From Octopus vulgaris (taxonomy: Eukaryota), in the NCBI GenBank assembly GCA_951406725.2, contig OX597814.1, positions 175,770,001 through 175,834,000 of the forward strand: a DNA stretch of 64,000 nucleotides, in the 5' to 3' direction. Of this stretch, positions 29,636 to 42,984 are shown in pieces. The notes beneath the pieces are model-generated. The model saw only the letters and a program-made list of their open reading frames with translations. It searched no databases and was not told where the DNA came from. Made by a program: the position numbers and the translations under genes. Position 1 is the first letter of the stretch, and each line of letters begins with the position of its first letter.

Positions 29636-29850
29636 TGTGGTGACCGCGTGTGTACCGTTGGCGATTTTTTTCTCTCCGTCTTCCCTTCTTTGGATCTTTC
29701 CTTTTCCTATGTTTCTGACGAAGAGCTCCGCCCGAAACGTTAACCCCCCCCCTTATTTCCTTCCTTCCTGAGCGTCCAATAATACTATATTTGTTCCACG
29801 TCCTCGCGTTGTTGTGCTTTCTCTTTGTGTTTTCATGTTTGGATTAACTT

Positions 29851-29852
<2 letters not shown>
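29636..29852 (+). mobile_element. Short HHR-bearing element ending in (TA)n (family Y)
   Basis: Second copy at 42033-42224 (-); HHR core at 29711-29744 GUUU-CUGACGA-A-GAGC-UCC-GC(C/U)C-GAAA-CG-UU-AA. Confidence 0.75.
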
Positions 29853-29910
<58 letters not shown>

Positions 29911-30239
29911 CAAAGAGGTCAATATACACACATACATACACAGGGAGAGGAAAAGAGTGAGGGAGTGTAGTAAATCTATATAGCGTCAAAGACTGACATA
30001 GATAAACAGCTATGGCAGATAGAGAGGAGATTCAGCGTGCTAAAAGTTGAGTGATTTCTCGTATCAAATTATTTATTATTATTATTTACCGAAAACCACT
30101 TTGTGATGCAGATTTCCGGAATCAAATCCGTTATCTCGAGGACACACCTTTTCCGTGCCTTTCGGGGTTATACACACATACATACACATCTAATTTATAT
30201 ATACTAAATATAGGTAAATAAATATCGTAATGTAAGAGT

Positions 30240-30450
30240 TTCAAGTTTTGGCATAAGGCCAGCATTTTCGGAGAGAAGATAAGTCGATAACATCGACCTC
30301 AATACTCATCTCATACTTCTTTCATCGACTCTTAAAGGATAAAAGACAAAATCGCACTCATCGACACTTGAACGCGGAAAGTAAAGGTAGACGAAGTGCC
30401 GCTAAGCATTTTGCCTGGCGTGTTAGCGATTCTGGTAGCTCGCCACCTTA
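30240..30450 (-). mobile_element. Diverged family A SINE
   Basis: GCCGCTAAGCATTTTGCC..GTAGCTCGCCACC reverse-complement head. Confidence 0.75.
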
Positions 30451-30466
30451 AGAGCTGTAAAGTATT

Positions 30467-30628
30467 ACAGTTCTATATTTAAAAAATGAAGAATTATGTA
30501 CATTATTTACATTCGACGGATATTTGTCCTCACCTTGTTTGTTGTTAACACAACGTTTCGGCTTCTTCAGGTGTTGGGAAAATTTCGTACCTGGACTCTC
30601 ATTCCTACGGTATTTTTCAATGTTGTAG

Positions 30629-30682
<54 letters not shown>

Positions 30683-30829
30683 TCACTGCCTGGAATCAAA
30701 CTCGGAATCTTGGGGTTAGTAGCCCGCGCTCTTTAACCACTACGCCACTTGCCCGTGGGCATAGTGGTTAAGAGCGCAGGCTACTAACCCCAAAAATTCG
30801 AGTTCGATTCCAAGCAGTGACCTAAGCAC

Positions 30830-30864
<35 letters not shown>

Positions 30865-31010
30865 TCGAAAAATACCTTAGGAATGAGAACCCAGGTTCGA
30901 AATTTCCCCAAGACACCTGAAGAAAGCTGGAGGGTATATCAGCCGAAACGTTGTATTAACAACAAACAAGATGAGGACAAATATCCGTCGAATGTAAATA
31001 ATGAAAATAA
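30467..31010. mobile_element. Head-to-head palindromic pair of a tRNA-headed, (AAT)n-containing, hammerhead-tailed element; 14-bp TSD
   Basis: Arms 30495-30750 and 30760-31003 are inverted copies; TSD AGCTGTAAAGTATT at 30453-30466 and 31011-31024. Confidence 0.85.
30913..30956 (+). ncRNA. Minimal type I hammerhead ribozyme
   Basis: ACAC-CUGAAGA-A-(A)GCUG..CAGCC-GAAA-CG-UU-GU(A/G)U; opposite-arm copy 30547-30575 has 5-bp helix I but deleted helix II. Confidence 0.7.
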
Positions 31011-31315
31011 AGCTGTAAAGTATTTTAAAAGTGTTTTGGATAGTGTAAACATTATCTTATATAGAACTGAATGCGCCGGCTAGAGTGGATATGCACGTAC
31101 TAGTGTATATAGGCATGTGTGTGTGGGCACAACAAACAGTTAGGGCAAGGGTAAGGAGCTATGGGTAAGGAGTGGGGAATTTAGTTGAAAAGAAATGCTT
31201 TAACAACGAAACATACACATACACACACATACACCAGCACAAACACACACGTCAATGCATTCACTTCCTTCCTTATTTCCTCTCCTTCTTATCCTCTCCT
31301 TTTTCTTCTCTTCCT

Positions 31316-31462
31316 TCATCATCATCTTCTTCTTCTTCTTCTTCTTCTTCTTCCTCCTCCTCCTCATCATCATCATCATCATCATCACCACCACCACCAT
31401 CATCTTCATCGTTGTCGTCGTCGTCATCCTCCTCCTCCTCATCATCATCATCATCATTCTCC

Positions 31463-31526
<64 letters not shown>
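31316..31526. repeat. (TCA)/(TCT)/(TCC) trinucleotide microsatellite
   Basis: Direct reading; source of poly-S/H/D ORFs. Confidence 0.97.
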
Positions 31527-31849
31527 CACTATGGTCATTATTGCTGCCCGAAGCAACTATATCAAAAGAGATATGCGAACACGTCTTCTCGCTGAGTGAT
31601 TTTTCTTTCAACAAGAATTCGGTAGAGGGAGATTTTTCTCAATAGAACAAACAGTTGACATAATTGAAGTTGCCCGACCATTACAGGAAACCCTAAAGAT
31701 TTCGATATGGATTTACTTCTGATTATACATACATACATGAATACATGCATACATACATACACATACACACATACATACACACATACATACACACATAGAT
31801 ATGTGTGTGTATGTATATGAATATATATGTATATACATATATACATATT

Positions 31850-32545
31850 ATATATATATATATATTATATATACATATATATAATTATATACATAAATAT
31901 ATATATAATATACAATATATATATATAATATATACATATATATAATTATATGCATAAATATATATATAATATACAATATATATATATATATATATAATAT
32001 ATACATATATATAATTATATGCATAAATATATATATAATATACAATATATATATATATATAATTATATGCATAAATATATATATAATATACATATATATA
32101 TATATATATATAATTATATGCATAAATATATATATATAATATACAATATATATATATATAATTATATGCATAAATATATATATATATAATATACAATATA
32201 TATATATATATAATTATATGCATAAATATATATATATATAATATACATATATATATATATATAATTATATGCATAAATATATATATATATAATATACAAT
32301 ATATATATGTATATAATTATATGCATAAATATATATATATATAATATACAATATATATATGTATATAATTATATGCATAAATATATATATATAATATACA
32401 ATATATATATATATAATTATATGCATAAATATATAATATACAATATATATATATATAATTATATGCATAAATATATAATATACAATATATATATATATAA
32501 TTATATCCATAAATATATATATATATAATATACAATATATATAAA
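31850..32545. repeat. AT-rich minisatellite, ~40-48-bp unit TATAATTATATGCATAAA(TA)nATATACAA(TA)n
   Basis: About 15 copies with variable TA lengths. Confidence 0.9.
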
Positions 32546-33029
32546 TAATGTGTATGTGCATATGTGTTTGGCTGTGAATGTATATGTGTGTATATACTGA
32601 GAAACTTTATCCAGCAATAATGAAACAGCTTAAGCGCTGCAATATTGAATCCGTTATTCTCTCGTCTCGAAGATTTGATGAACAATAGGATTTACTTTAT
32701 TTCGCACCATGTTGGACTGATGTCGGGTTTTGGAATCGAATTTGTTTAATGGGGGAGAAGTAGAAATCAGCAACACCACAGTATATTGTAAGGAAGATGA
32801 AAATATGCGGAAAATGATTTATTCTCAATGAAATGAGAGTCATATGGAAATATATGGCCGTTCGATATATTAACCAGTGCGAAATATGACCTTTTTTTTA
32901 ATCGATACATTTGTGTATGTGTAACATTTACCAAAATGTATAATTTATGCGATTCTTTCACCATTGGTGAGAAAATGTAAATTTTTGTCTCGGGATGCCG
33001 CAATATTTTGAAAGTATTCTGTGTTATTG

Positions 33030-33543
33030 TACTCTTTTACTTGTTTCAGTCATTTGACTGTGGCCATGCTGGAGCACTGCCTTTAGTTGAGCAAATCGAC
33101 CCCAGAACTTATTCTTTGTAAGCCTAGTACTTATTCTATCGGTCACTTTTTGCCGAACCGCTAAGTTACGGGGCCGTAAACACACCACCATCGGTTGTCA
33201 AGCGAGGGGGGGGGGGCAGCAAACACAGACACACACATATATATATATATATATTCTATATTCTATATATTCTATTCCTGAGCGTTATACTAATACATCT
33301 GTTTGTTTTGTACACCACCTGTCTTCATCTTTTGTGTTTTTCGTAAACTGTCCCTATATATATATATACACATATATATACGACGGGCTTCTTTCAGTTT
33401 TCGTCTACCAAATCTCACAAGGTTTGGTCGGCCCGAGGCTATAGTAGAAGACACTTGCCCAATGTGCCACGCAGTGGGAATGAACCCGAAACCGTGTGGT
33501 TTGTTAGCAAGCTACTTACCACTCAGCCACTCCTACTCCTGTA
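33030..33543 (-). mobile_element. Family B SINE whose internal TA tract carries a short insertion (33276-33355)
   Basis: Matches 40995-41389; insert starts CCTGAGCGT like the family Y tail. Confidence 0.8.
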
Positions 33544-34169
33544 CTGTAGTGGAAATATTTGTGAAACACACACACACACACACACACACAAACATACACA
33601 GATACACAGATACGCACACTCGCACACTTGCACGCACGTCTCACGGACACACATGTACTGTAGTTCCATTATTGGTGAGGTCAAGAAAAATACTCCAACC
33701 AGCGCGAGATATATATTTATTTATACCCAGGATTTAAATATGAGGTGCTATAAGTTTCCTGTCGCGTACACAGCAAACTTTTCAAACTCGTTCAACTGTT
33801 GTATTATCAGGAGTATGAAACTTCTAATAGCTCACATTGAAATGCGGTGTATCTATACATATTTATATGTATAGATACACATATATATACATATTTATAT
33901 CTATCATTGGAGGAAATCGACACCAGTACTTAGTTTTTAAACCTGGTAAGTATTCTATCAGTCTTTTTTGCTGAAGCTCTAAGATGCTGGACCAGAAACA
34001 AATTAACACCGGTTTTCAAGCGGTTGTGGGAGACAAACACACACACACAAAGACGGGCATCGTTCAGTTTCCGTCAAAGTAGAAGACGCCCATGATGCCA
34101 CGCAGTGGAGCAGAACCCGGATCCATATCATTGCGAAGCAATTTTTTTACCACACACGCATACACGCAC

Positions 34170-34274
<105 letters not shown>

Positions 34275-35048
34275 TATATTTACTTTATAATTTTTTTTAT
34301 ATGGAAACATAGATATTGGAAATGTTAGTAAGTACTGATAGTGGTATGCATGAAAGAACGAGGTTCTGCAACGAGGTTCTGCACTGTCATTTATCATAGC
34401 TTACCATTTATCATACTCGCCAAGCTTTTTCAATATTCTAGTTGCTTTAGATCTGTTTATTTTTTTTATATAACTCAGTTTATGAATAGCAACGTTATTA
34501 TCTATAAACTTGTGTTGATATGATATCCGCCTACGACCTATTGAATGAGCAATCATTTTTATATTGTACATGTGGGTAAAATATAGCTGCAGCTTTCTTT
34601 TTTGGCATAGCTGGTCGAATGATCACTGAACTTTCCTCATCTATTCAGAGCTGTCTCTCTGGAGGAAATTTCTGTAGGGTTGCACACGATCCGTTTGGCG
34701 CAATTGCTCTATGCTATTGTATCTATATTTCTCTGCAGTTGAACGGTGAAGCCTTTAGCTTTTTAGGTTTGCCAATTGCAAGGAAACTTTAGAAAAGTAT
34801 CTGAAGCAGTTTCGTCAAAGCCTGCCTACATAACTTCCGAAGAATAACTGGGAAGATATCGGGAGCAGAACTTAAACTCATTTAGTCTATGACCGCTGTT
34901 ACATTTGCCTCATCAATGTTGATGTAATCGATGGTTGCCGATTTCGTCTGCAGAGCTATAATGTTAAATTTAGCAGGAATTTTTATCTGCACGTGTCCTA
35001 GGGGAAAGTGAAGACTATTTTAAACTGTTCACTGAGAATTTTACTTAC

Positions 35049-35416
35049 ATTTCGGGTCCGCAGTTAGTGAGAACAACGGTCCTAGAAAGGGTTTGTTTTT
35101 ATGCCTTCCACTGCACGGTTCTCTCTCTCTCCCTCTCCCTCTCTCTCTCTCTACTCTTTCCTTTTCATGGGAGAGTTTAATTTTGTTTTCAGTTTTCAGG
35201 AGTGTCTGTCTTAAAATAGATTTCCTATTCTTCAATTGCCTATTCAACCAGTTTGAGACTAGTGTCTCAAAACCATTTTTCTGTCTTTGGGGATTTTGTT
35301 TGTAGGTTTGCTGGCCTTTGTTTCTGTGGTGTATTTAGTGTATACAGCTTGCACTGTCGACATAAACTGAGTTTGAAGTCACTGTCTTGCATAGACAGAA
35401 CTAAGAATACAACTGA
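35049..35416 (-). other. Candidate first (non-coding) exon with initiator-like TCAGTT and GTAAGT donor
   Basis: Minus strand TCAGTT near 35416; AAAT|GTAAGT at 35048-35043; repeat-poor region; E-boxes CACCTG and CACGTG at ~35445-35487. Confidence 0.3.
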
Positions 35417-36258
35417 ATTTTCAAGACATATCAGAGTTTCTCGCACCTGTTTAATTGAAATTTAACAATATTTGTCACACTCACGTGTGTGTGCGCGTGC
35501 GGATGCGCTCGTGTGATGTGTATGTGTGTCCGTTGCTATGAACATAAATAAACTTTACTGTTTATGCTTTACAGTTACCTTCAATTTTATGATCATGATA
35601 AGGAAATAAACGAAGTTATAAAACCTTGAAACAAAAGAGTAGATAGAAGCAATAACAGAAACACAAATTAATCCAGAAAAAAAAAACAAAAGACAAATAT
35701 AAAAATGGATATATTGAAATTTGTGTTTGTGTGTGAATGTAATAAAATCAAAGCTATAAATGTTTTATAAATTTTGAATTACAAATTGCAAAAAAGCAAA
35801 ACGACGTAAATTTTCGTTTATGAGATATCTATTTGAGCCTAGAACTCCAACTGTCAAATCAATGATTTATCAGAAACAGTTGGTTGTTTAGCATCTAAAT
35901 CAGATATGAATTATGAATTCTACATAGAATATAAAAAAGAAAATATGTAAAACTGTAATTCACTGTATTATTCAAGGATAACTTCACTTCTCATAACAAT
36001 TTGTAACTGAAACAAAAAGAACGTAAGAAACTCCTAATTAAAACACAATTAAAACTCAGAAAATTCATATATAGTATACATGTTGAAGCATCGTAAAATA
36101 TGTAAAAATGTTATTTAATGGTGTGTCTCAAAGCGAATAATGCTATAAATAATAGCTTATGATATATTAGGTTAAAACACTAGCTTTATATCTTCCTTCC
36201 CATCTTTTTAACTCAATATATTATAAGATATTATTAATTATGACTTTATTACGGTGTT

Positions 36259-36595
36259 GTGAAGGCGCATGGCTCAGTGGTTAGAGCGTCGAGCTTACGA
36301 TCGTGAGGTTGTGAGTTCGAATTCTGGACCGGGCTACGTGTTGTGTTCTTGAGCAAGACACTTTATTTCACGTTGCTCCAGTTCACTCAGCTGTAGAAAT
36401 GAGTTGCGACGTCACAGGTGCCAAGCTGTATCGGTCGTTGCCTTTCCATTGGATAACCCTGGTGGTGTGGAGAGGGGAGGCCGGTATGCATGGGCGACTG
36501 CTGGTCTTTCATAAATAACCTTGCCCGGACTTGTGCCTGGGAGGGTAACTTTCTAGATGCAATCCCACGGTCAGTCATGACCGAAGGGAGTCTTA
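36259..36595 (+). mobile_element. OR-like SINE, head H2 + tail T4
   Basis: Near-identical to 58442-58781. Confidence 0.88.
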
Positions 36596-36599
36596 GCAT

Positions 36600-36995
36600 T
36601 AAGGTGGTGAGCTTGCAGAAATATTAGCACGCTTAGCATCATTTCGTCAGTTTTTTTGTTTTTAAAGTTCTGAGTTCAGATACCACCGAGGTTGACTTTG
36701 CCTTTCATCATTTCGGGGTCGATAAAATAAGTACCAGTTGAACATTGGAGTCAATGTGATCGACTTACTCTCTCCATCGAAATTGTTGACCTTGTGCCAA
36801 AATTTTAGCTCATTATTTCATGGCTTTATTAGGGTGGTGAATTGAGAAACTGTAGCATTCCGGACCAAATACCTAACGGCAGTTCGTCCGTTTTTACGTT
36901 CTGAGTTCAAATTTCGCGGAGGTGCTTTTCATCTTTTCAGGTTCGATGAAATATGTATCAATTGGGTACTGGGGTCGATAAAATTGACTTAGGAT
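36600..36995 (+). mobile_element. Two diverged family A SINE copies
   Basis: GTTCTGAGTTCA..CTTTCATC..GTCGAT motif twice. Confidence 0.75.
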
Positions 36996-37136
36996 TATTT
37001 ATGGATTTATTTGTTTTGAGATGTACTGTTAAACGACTTACAAAATTAACGTTTGTCAGCATCTGATTATATCGTTAAAGAGCAATAAAGATAGATCGAA
37101 GTTTCCAAATGTTTAAAAACATATATTGTGATATTG

Positions 37137-37372
37137 TGGAGGTGCGTGGCTTAGTGATTAGGTTGTCAGTACCATGATCGTAAGATTGTGGTTTCGATTC
37201 CTGGACCGGGCGACACGTTATGTTCATTTCACGTTGCTCCAGTCCATTCAGCTGGCAAAAATGAGTAACGCTGCGATGGACTGGCGTCCCGTCCAGCTGG
37301 GGAATACATATGCCAATGAAACCGGGAAAGCGGGTTCATGAGCCTGGCTAGGCTTTAAAAGGGTGCATTTAT
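37137..37372 (+). mobile_element. OR-like SINE, head H2 + V-domain-like tail T3
   Basis: GATGGACTGGCGTCCCGTCCAG resembles the V-SINE core; same tail at ~42585-42680. Confidence 0.75.
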
Positions 37373-37974
37373 TTATTATTTATATTGTGATATTATATTG
37401 TGAACGATTACTGTTCATTAATAGCTTTGATTGCTTGACTGAAATGTTCTAAACATGCCACCAATATAGATTCTCCGAAATCGCATCAAAAGACTGCAAG
37501 GAAACTTCAGACCATTAAATGACAATGACAAACTAATTAAAATATCAGCCTACATGAAACCGTAGGTGACCTACTCATGGGCTATCCAAAACCAGGGATT
37601 TATTGACAGAGAAACACTGTTTCTTAGAAACATTTAATTGACTTTACACCGTGAAAAGCTATGCAGTAAGGAATTCACAATCTGTATTGCAGTATGGATG
37701 GCCGTAACATCAAAGTTGTGAATTCCCTTTTCAACAATGGTTTCGAGGATTCCTCAGGGAAGAATTTAGGATGAGAACGCACTGCGTAACCGCGATATAG
37801 AATATCTAAACAATGTACGTCGCACTGTGTAACCTCTCACCTAACATTTATAACAATAGCAATGATAATTAACTGGAACCAACGAGGGAGACTCTATACG
37901 GCCATTGGAGTTTTTAACAAATAGAATACAAATGTTGCTCTCCAAAACTTGAAGGAAACACGTGCATGTAGATG

Positions 37975-38009
<35 letters not shown>

Positions 38010-38036
38010 CCACACAGACACACACACACCCACACA

Positions 38037-38083
<47 letters not shown>

Positions 38084-38304
38084 GAATGTGTGAAAGTACG
38101 CGTGTGTATGTCCTTTCATATGGAACTGTGACAAATATATGGCTTAAAAGTGAATGCCTTGTACAAATCCTAATGAAGAAAATATATTGATAATGATAAT
38201 ATTGATAATGATAATAATAATAATAATAATAATGATAATAATAACCACAATAGTAATAATAATAGCTGCTTAAATTACATAATATAAACTCCTTTAAAAG
38301 TAAT

Positions 38305-38535
38305 ACGGACAGGTTCTTCTTATCAAGAAGACAAAGATGAGGAGGTTTGTCAAAGCAAAATGTACCTTCAGTGCTGCGATTTTTGGTTTGGAAAATGGTG
38401 TGGATAGCGATAAAAGGATATTATCTACAGCCAGAAATATTAAAGAAGTCGCTGAAACACTTAGGGACTTACAGAACAAAAAACATAAACAAGATGTTTA
38501 GCTGGAAAAGAGTAATGATATAGCCAATTCATGCA
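38305..38535 (+). pseudogene. Highly degenerate Dong/R4-like RT fragment following (TAA)n
   Basis: DRFFLSR..*GGL resembles D.LYL.R..GGRGL; later frameshifted W..K.MHGQF-like segment. Confidence 0.35.
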
Positions 38536-40279
38536 ACAGATAATGTTGGAAGGGAAGAAGGTCAGTTGTAGCTGAATATAGTCGCTCGGTGGGAAGCGCT
38601 GACTCATTCAACCCCATTCTCGTCTTGACATGGTCTTGATGAAACGTCACTAGAACATAAAAGACTTGCGCTAAAATCTTTTAACCATGTCCAACATACA
38701 ACTTACTACGTCATACCTGCAAGGCAGGAAGACAAACCTCCTGTCCTTTTAAAAGGAAGACAGCGGTAGATATTCAGGACAGAATCGACTGATGGCTGGG
38801 ATAATTCTAAAGATGGTAGTTGTCTGAAGTAAGTCGATTAATCGACATTGTTCAGACACTAAACATGAATGAATTGAAAGGTTTCATCACCCTTCGTGTG
38901 TCTCAGACAGGTTAGTAACTGGTTATTCCGCGCCTTCATAGGATGTACCGAACAGGGAATATATCGCAGTAACCATGAAATTTTTTTAAGTGGTCCATAA
39001 ATTCCACGAGAAGCAACTGTTCAGACTCCTTGTTGAGGCCTAGAATCGTGCTCAGGACACCGTCGTCATTGGGAACGATCGGTGTTTTGTCAGCCTCAGC
39101 TGATACCTGACCATCAGGATCTACGTATCACAGTCCACTCCCGGTGTGGTTGTTGACAGGGGAGACGGATCTCCTACACAGGAAGCAAACAAATACACGT
39201 TCAAATAATGTCTCAAATTGTTGTACAAGGAAAGCTATTAATGCGGGAAGCGGGTTAATTGAGTATATCGACTTCAGTACATGACTGGTACTAATTTTAG
39301 TGATCCCAAAAGAATGAAAAGCAAAGTCCTTCTCGGCGGAAATTTTACTCAGAAATACTGCTAAGCATTTTGTCCGGTACACTGACGATTCTGCCAGCTT
39401 GCCGTCTTAATAACAATACCAGTCATGGAAAACTTAGGGTAACGGCTTCATTAGCAACAACAGATAACAATATAATGTATAGGAAAAATCCTCAATGGTG
39501 GGTAAGGCCTACTAGGACCAATCTAGGAATCCACAAATCCAACATTACACTAGTTACCAAGAGTAAATGCCTTCTTCCAACTGTCCGAAGATTAGATTTT
39601 AGTTACAGATGTAGCTGCTGACCAGTAGAACGTTTACAGTTGTCAGGTGGTAGCATATAGCAATGGATATGCACAAGTCCTCCCAGCCCAATTCTATCTG
39701 ATCTTTTCGATACGACTTCCTCTCAGCCCCTTTCTGAATGAGACTGACCACCCCAGTGGCTACCTCAAAGCTGGCTTTTATTTAATTTACTCAATTTCTC
39801 CAATAATATATAAAATCGATTATTTTTGTTTATATTTCACAGCTTTGTCTCAAATTTATGTTGTTTTCTGTCTTGGTTATTATAAATCATCTATACAAAC
39901 ATAATTATATAAAAAAAAAAGATAAATAAAAACTTTCCACGACGAAAAGAAATTATTTATCGATTATAGAATAGATTTGTTTGAAATATCATTACTGCTC
40001 TTCGAACATTTTCTATTGTGGTATTTTATAAATTTCATATCAATTAACTGAATTCACAAACAGAAATAATATGAGTCGCCTTATCTCGACTTGCAACGCG
40101 GAGCTGTAAATATCGAAATAAATAAATAATGGTTGGAATACAAAATTATACTCTTCGTCTTCGCCGTATTCATAAGCTGTTCCACGTTTCCGAAGACATC
40201 GTGTCTTTTACTTTTAGATTAGTTATTAGAAATACTAATTTCTGATAACTAAGAAAACCGAACCTTGCAGGCAACGTAC

Positions 40280-40468
40280 CTCTGCACAATTTGTGCTTGA
40301 AAGCTAGAGCTAATAGATTTTTCGTTTTGTCGTCTCTTCTGTTCATTTCTGTGACATTCTTATTCAAATAGAACTGCAGCAGAGAGATAACTTTGATCGG
40401 CATAACACATAACGGGGTACAGCCTGTCATAATGAAGAAAGTTCTACAGCATTTTCTTGTAGTCATCA
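40280..40468 (-). other. Candidate spliced exon (189 nt, frame-preserving)
   Basis: Acceptor CTTCACCTTTCCTTTCAAG|, donor GAG|GTACGT; one open frame. Confidence 0.35.
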
Positions 40469-40994
40469 CTTGAAAGGAAAGGTGAAGATTTAGTCCGTCT
40501 TATTTACAGTATAACACGATTTTTGTCCTTGTGTAGCAACAGTTATTTTCTACTTGCTTACCACTAGAAAGTATAAAAAATGGCTAATAATTCCTTCAAG
40601 CTTTGCTTTTATTACATTTATTCAAACCCCGAAAGAATCCCTCTCAGCATTTGACTATGGTTCATCCCCATAACTCCTGCTTATGATCAGAGATGCACTT
40701 ATTGTCAATGACTAGGGAACATGCTCAGGTGGTTATGGTCAAGCAACTGACAAGCAAATCTTCGGAATTGAGCAGAATATTTGCCATAACGATATTTCTT
40801 CTCAATAACTTATCGCTGAATGTCTGAAATCTAACGGAAAATAGGTCAGTTTCAAAATATTGATGTCCAGGTCACAAAAGCAAAGTTTTCAGGGAATAGT
40901 AATGATTTCCATTGATTTCTTTTTAGAAGCAAATAGGAAATAACACTTACTAACTAAAGACAACAATTAAATAAAAGAAATTGTTACACAGTGT

Positions 40995-41389
40995 AGGCGT
41001 AGGAGTGGCTGTGTGGTAAGTAGCTTGCTTACCAACCACATGATTCCACGTTCAGTTCCACTGCGTGGCACCTTGGGCAAGTGTCTTCTACTATAGCCTC
41101 GGGCCGACCAAAGCCTTGTGAGTGGATTTGGTAGACGGAAACTGAAAGAATCCCGTCGTATATATGTATGCATATATGTTTGTGTGTCTGTGTTTGTCCC
41201 TCCAACATCGCTTGGCAACCGATGCTGGTGTGTTTACATCCCCGTAACTTAGCAGTTCGGCAAAAGAGACCGATAGAATAAGTACTAGGCTTACAAAGAA
41301 TAAGTACTGGGGTCGATTTGCTCGACTAAAGGCGGTGCTCCAGCATGGCCACAGTCACATGACTGAAACAAGTAAAAGAGTAAAAGAGT
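40995..41389 (+). mobile_element. Full-length family B SINE (OK-like)
   Basis: tRNA-like head TGGCTGTGTGG..GTTCAGTTCC, CORE-like segment, 3' stem CAGTC-ACAT-GACTG, (GTAAAAGA)n tail. Confidence 0.9.
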
Positions 41390-42032
41390 GTTAACACCGT
41401 TGTTTTCTGTACCACCAACGACTATAAAGATTATATAAAGATTATAGTATTCCGCTCTATTAACCTAATCATCAGAATGTTTGCTTTCAATATCAATGTA
41501 ATTAATTTTGATTCGTTTGCTGCCTGATTGTCATCAACTATCATTCCTCGATGTGTATATAACCTCAGGTCGAACGAAAATTCTATCTGATATTTCCTCC
41601 AATAGATTTACACATGCTATAACTTGATAATATTCTCACCTAGAATGCAGTCAAACTCTGCTTAACCCGTAAGAACCTGTATCTAACAATGCTATTGTTT
41701 ACATAATGCCATAATGTTTGATGATCGTAGTAGCATTATCTAATATTTCGCTAAGTCGTTTGTGATGCAAGCATTGCGAGGGTATATATACTGGTAGGCA
41801 GGATAGTAAAGGGGTACATGCAAAAATATACACACATTGGTGCCGGCGTGACTCTGTGGCAAGAACCTTGCATCATAATCACATGGTTCCGGTTTCAATC
41901 CCACTGTGTGAGACTCTGGGCAAGTGTGTCTTCTACTATAGTCGAGGGTTAACCAAAGCCATTTGATTGGATTTGGTAGACAGACGCTGAGGGAAACCCG
42001 TCATATATATATATATATATGACTATATAAAG

Positions 42033-42224
42033 TTAATCCAAACAAGAAACCACAAAAAAAAACAACAACGCGAGGACGTGGAACAAATATAGTATTATTG
42101 GACGCTCGGGAAAGAAGGAGGGTTTAACGTTTCGAGCGGAGCTCTTCGTCGGAGACATAGAAGGAAAGATCCAGAGAAGGGAAGACAGAGGGAAAAAAAT
42201 CGCCAACGGTACACACGCGGTCAT
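42033..42224 (-). mobile_element. Family Y HHR element inserted at TA tract after partial family B SINE (41839-42002)
   Basis: HHR 42122-42156 minus: GUCU-CCGACGA-A-GAGC-UCC-GCUC-GAAA-CG-UU-AAAC. Confidence 0.75.
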
Positions 42225-42380
42225 AAATATATATATAATGTATATAATGCATATAATGTTTTCTTGTGTTTCTACAACGACGATATTTATCTCGCTCCGT
42301 TATATATATAGTTTTTCATAAAAGAAATTTACGAAGACATTCAATTTCAGACAATTTCACAGTATTATATCTTCAAACGT

Positions 42381-42680
42381 GGAGGCACATGGCCTAGTGG
42401 TTAGAGCACCTGACTCGCGGTCGAGGGATCGTGAGTTCGAATCTCAGACCGGGCGATGTGTGTTTTTATGAGCGAAACACCTAAGCTCCACGCGGCTGCT
42501 CTAGCAGAAGGTAATGGCAAACTTCTGCTGACTCTTTCGCAACAACTTTCTCTCACTCTTTCCTCCTATATCTTGCAACTCACCTGTAACGGACCAGCGT
42601 CCCGTCCAGGTGGGGAACCTATACGCCAAGGAAACCGGGAAACTGGCCCTATAAGCCAGGCGTGGCTCGAGAAGGAACAA
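42381..42680 (+). mobile_element. OR-like SINE, head H1 + tail T3
   Basis: Head as at 2210; tail as at 37270-37370. Confidence 0.82.
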
Positions 42681-42984
42681 GCAATAAATATCTTCAAACG
42701 GTGTGAATATATTTAGTATGACATACAGTTGACGATTTCAATTGCGTACACCGGATTTTTCTACATCCCAGCAAGCTCCGCCATACTAACGTTTTAAATA
42801 TTTCCTCTATATAAAGGCACGACATTTCCTTTAGCCAGGTAACTATCGGGTGCATGCCAGGACAGAAAATTGATACTAAATGATGATGCGCATGTGTGTA
42901 TATATATATATATATATATACTGGGAAAGACTGCATACATAAATCCATACATACATATCTGTGTGTGTGTGTGTGTGTACATGT

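Noticed and set aside
30678-30822. Functional tRNA genes (also heads at 2210, 2674, 36259, 42381, 58442)
   Set aside because: Acceptor stems incomplete and heads are fused to repeat bodies; SINE heads
31172-31645. Poly-Ser/His/Asp ORFs
   Set aside because: Trinucleotide microsatellite open in several frames; no domain context
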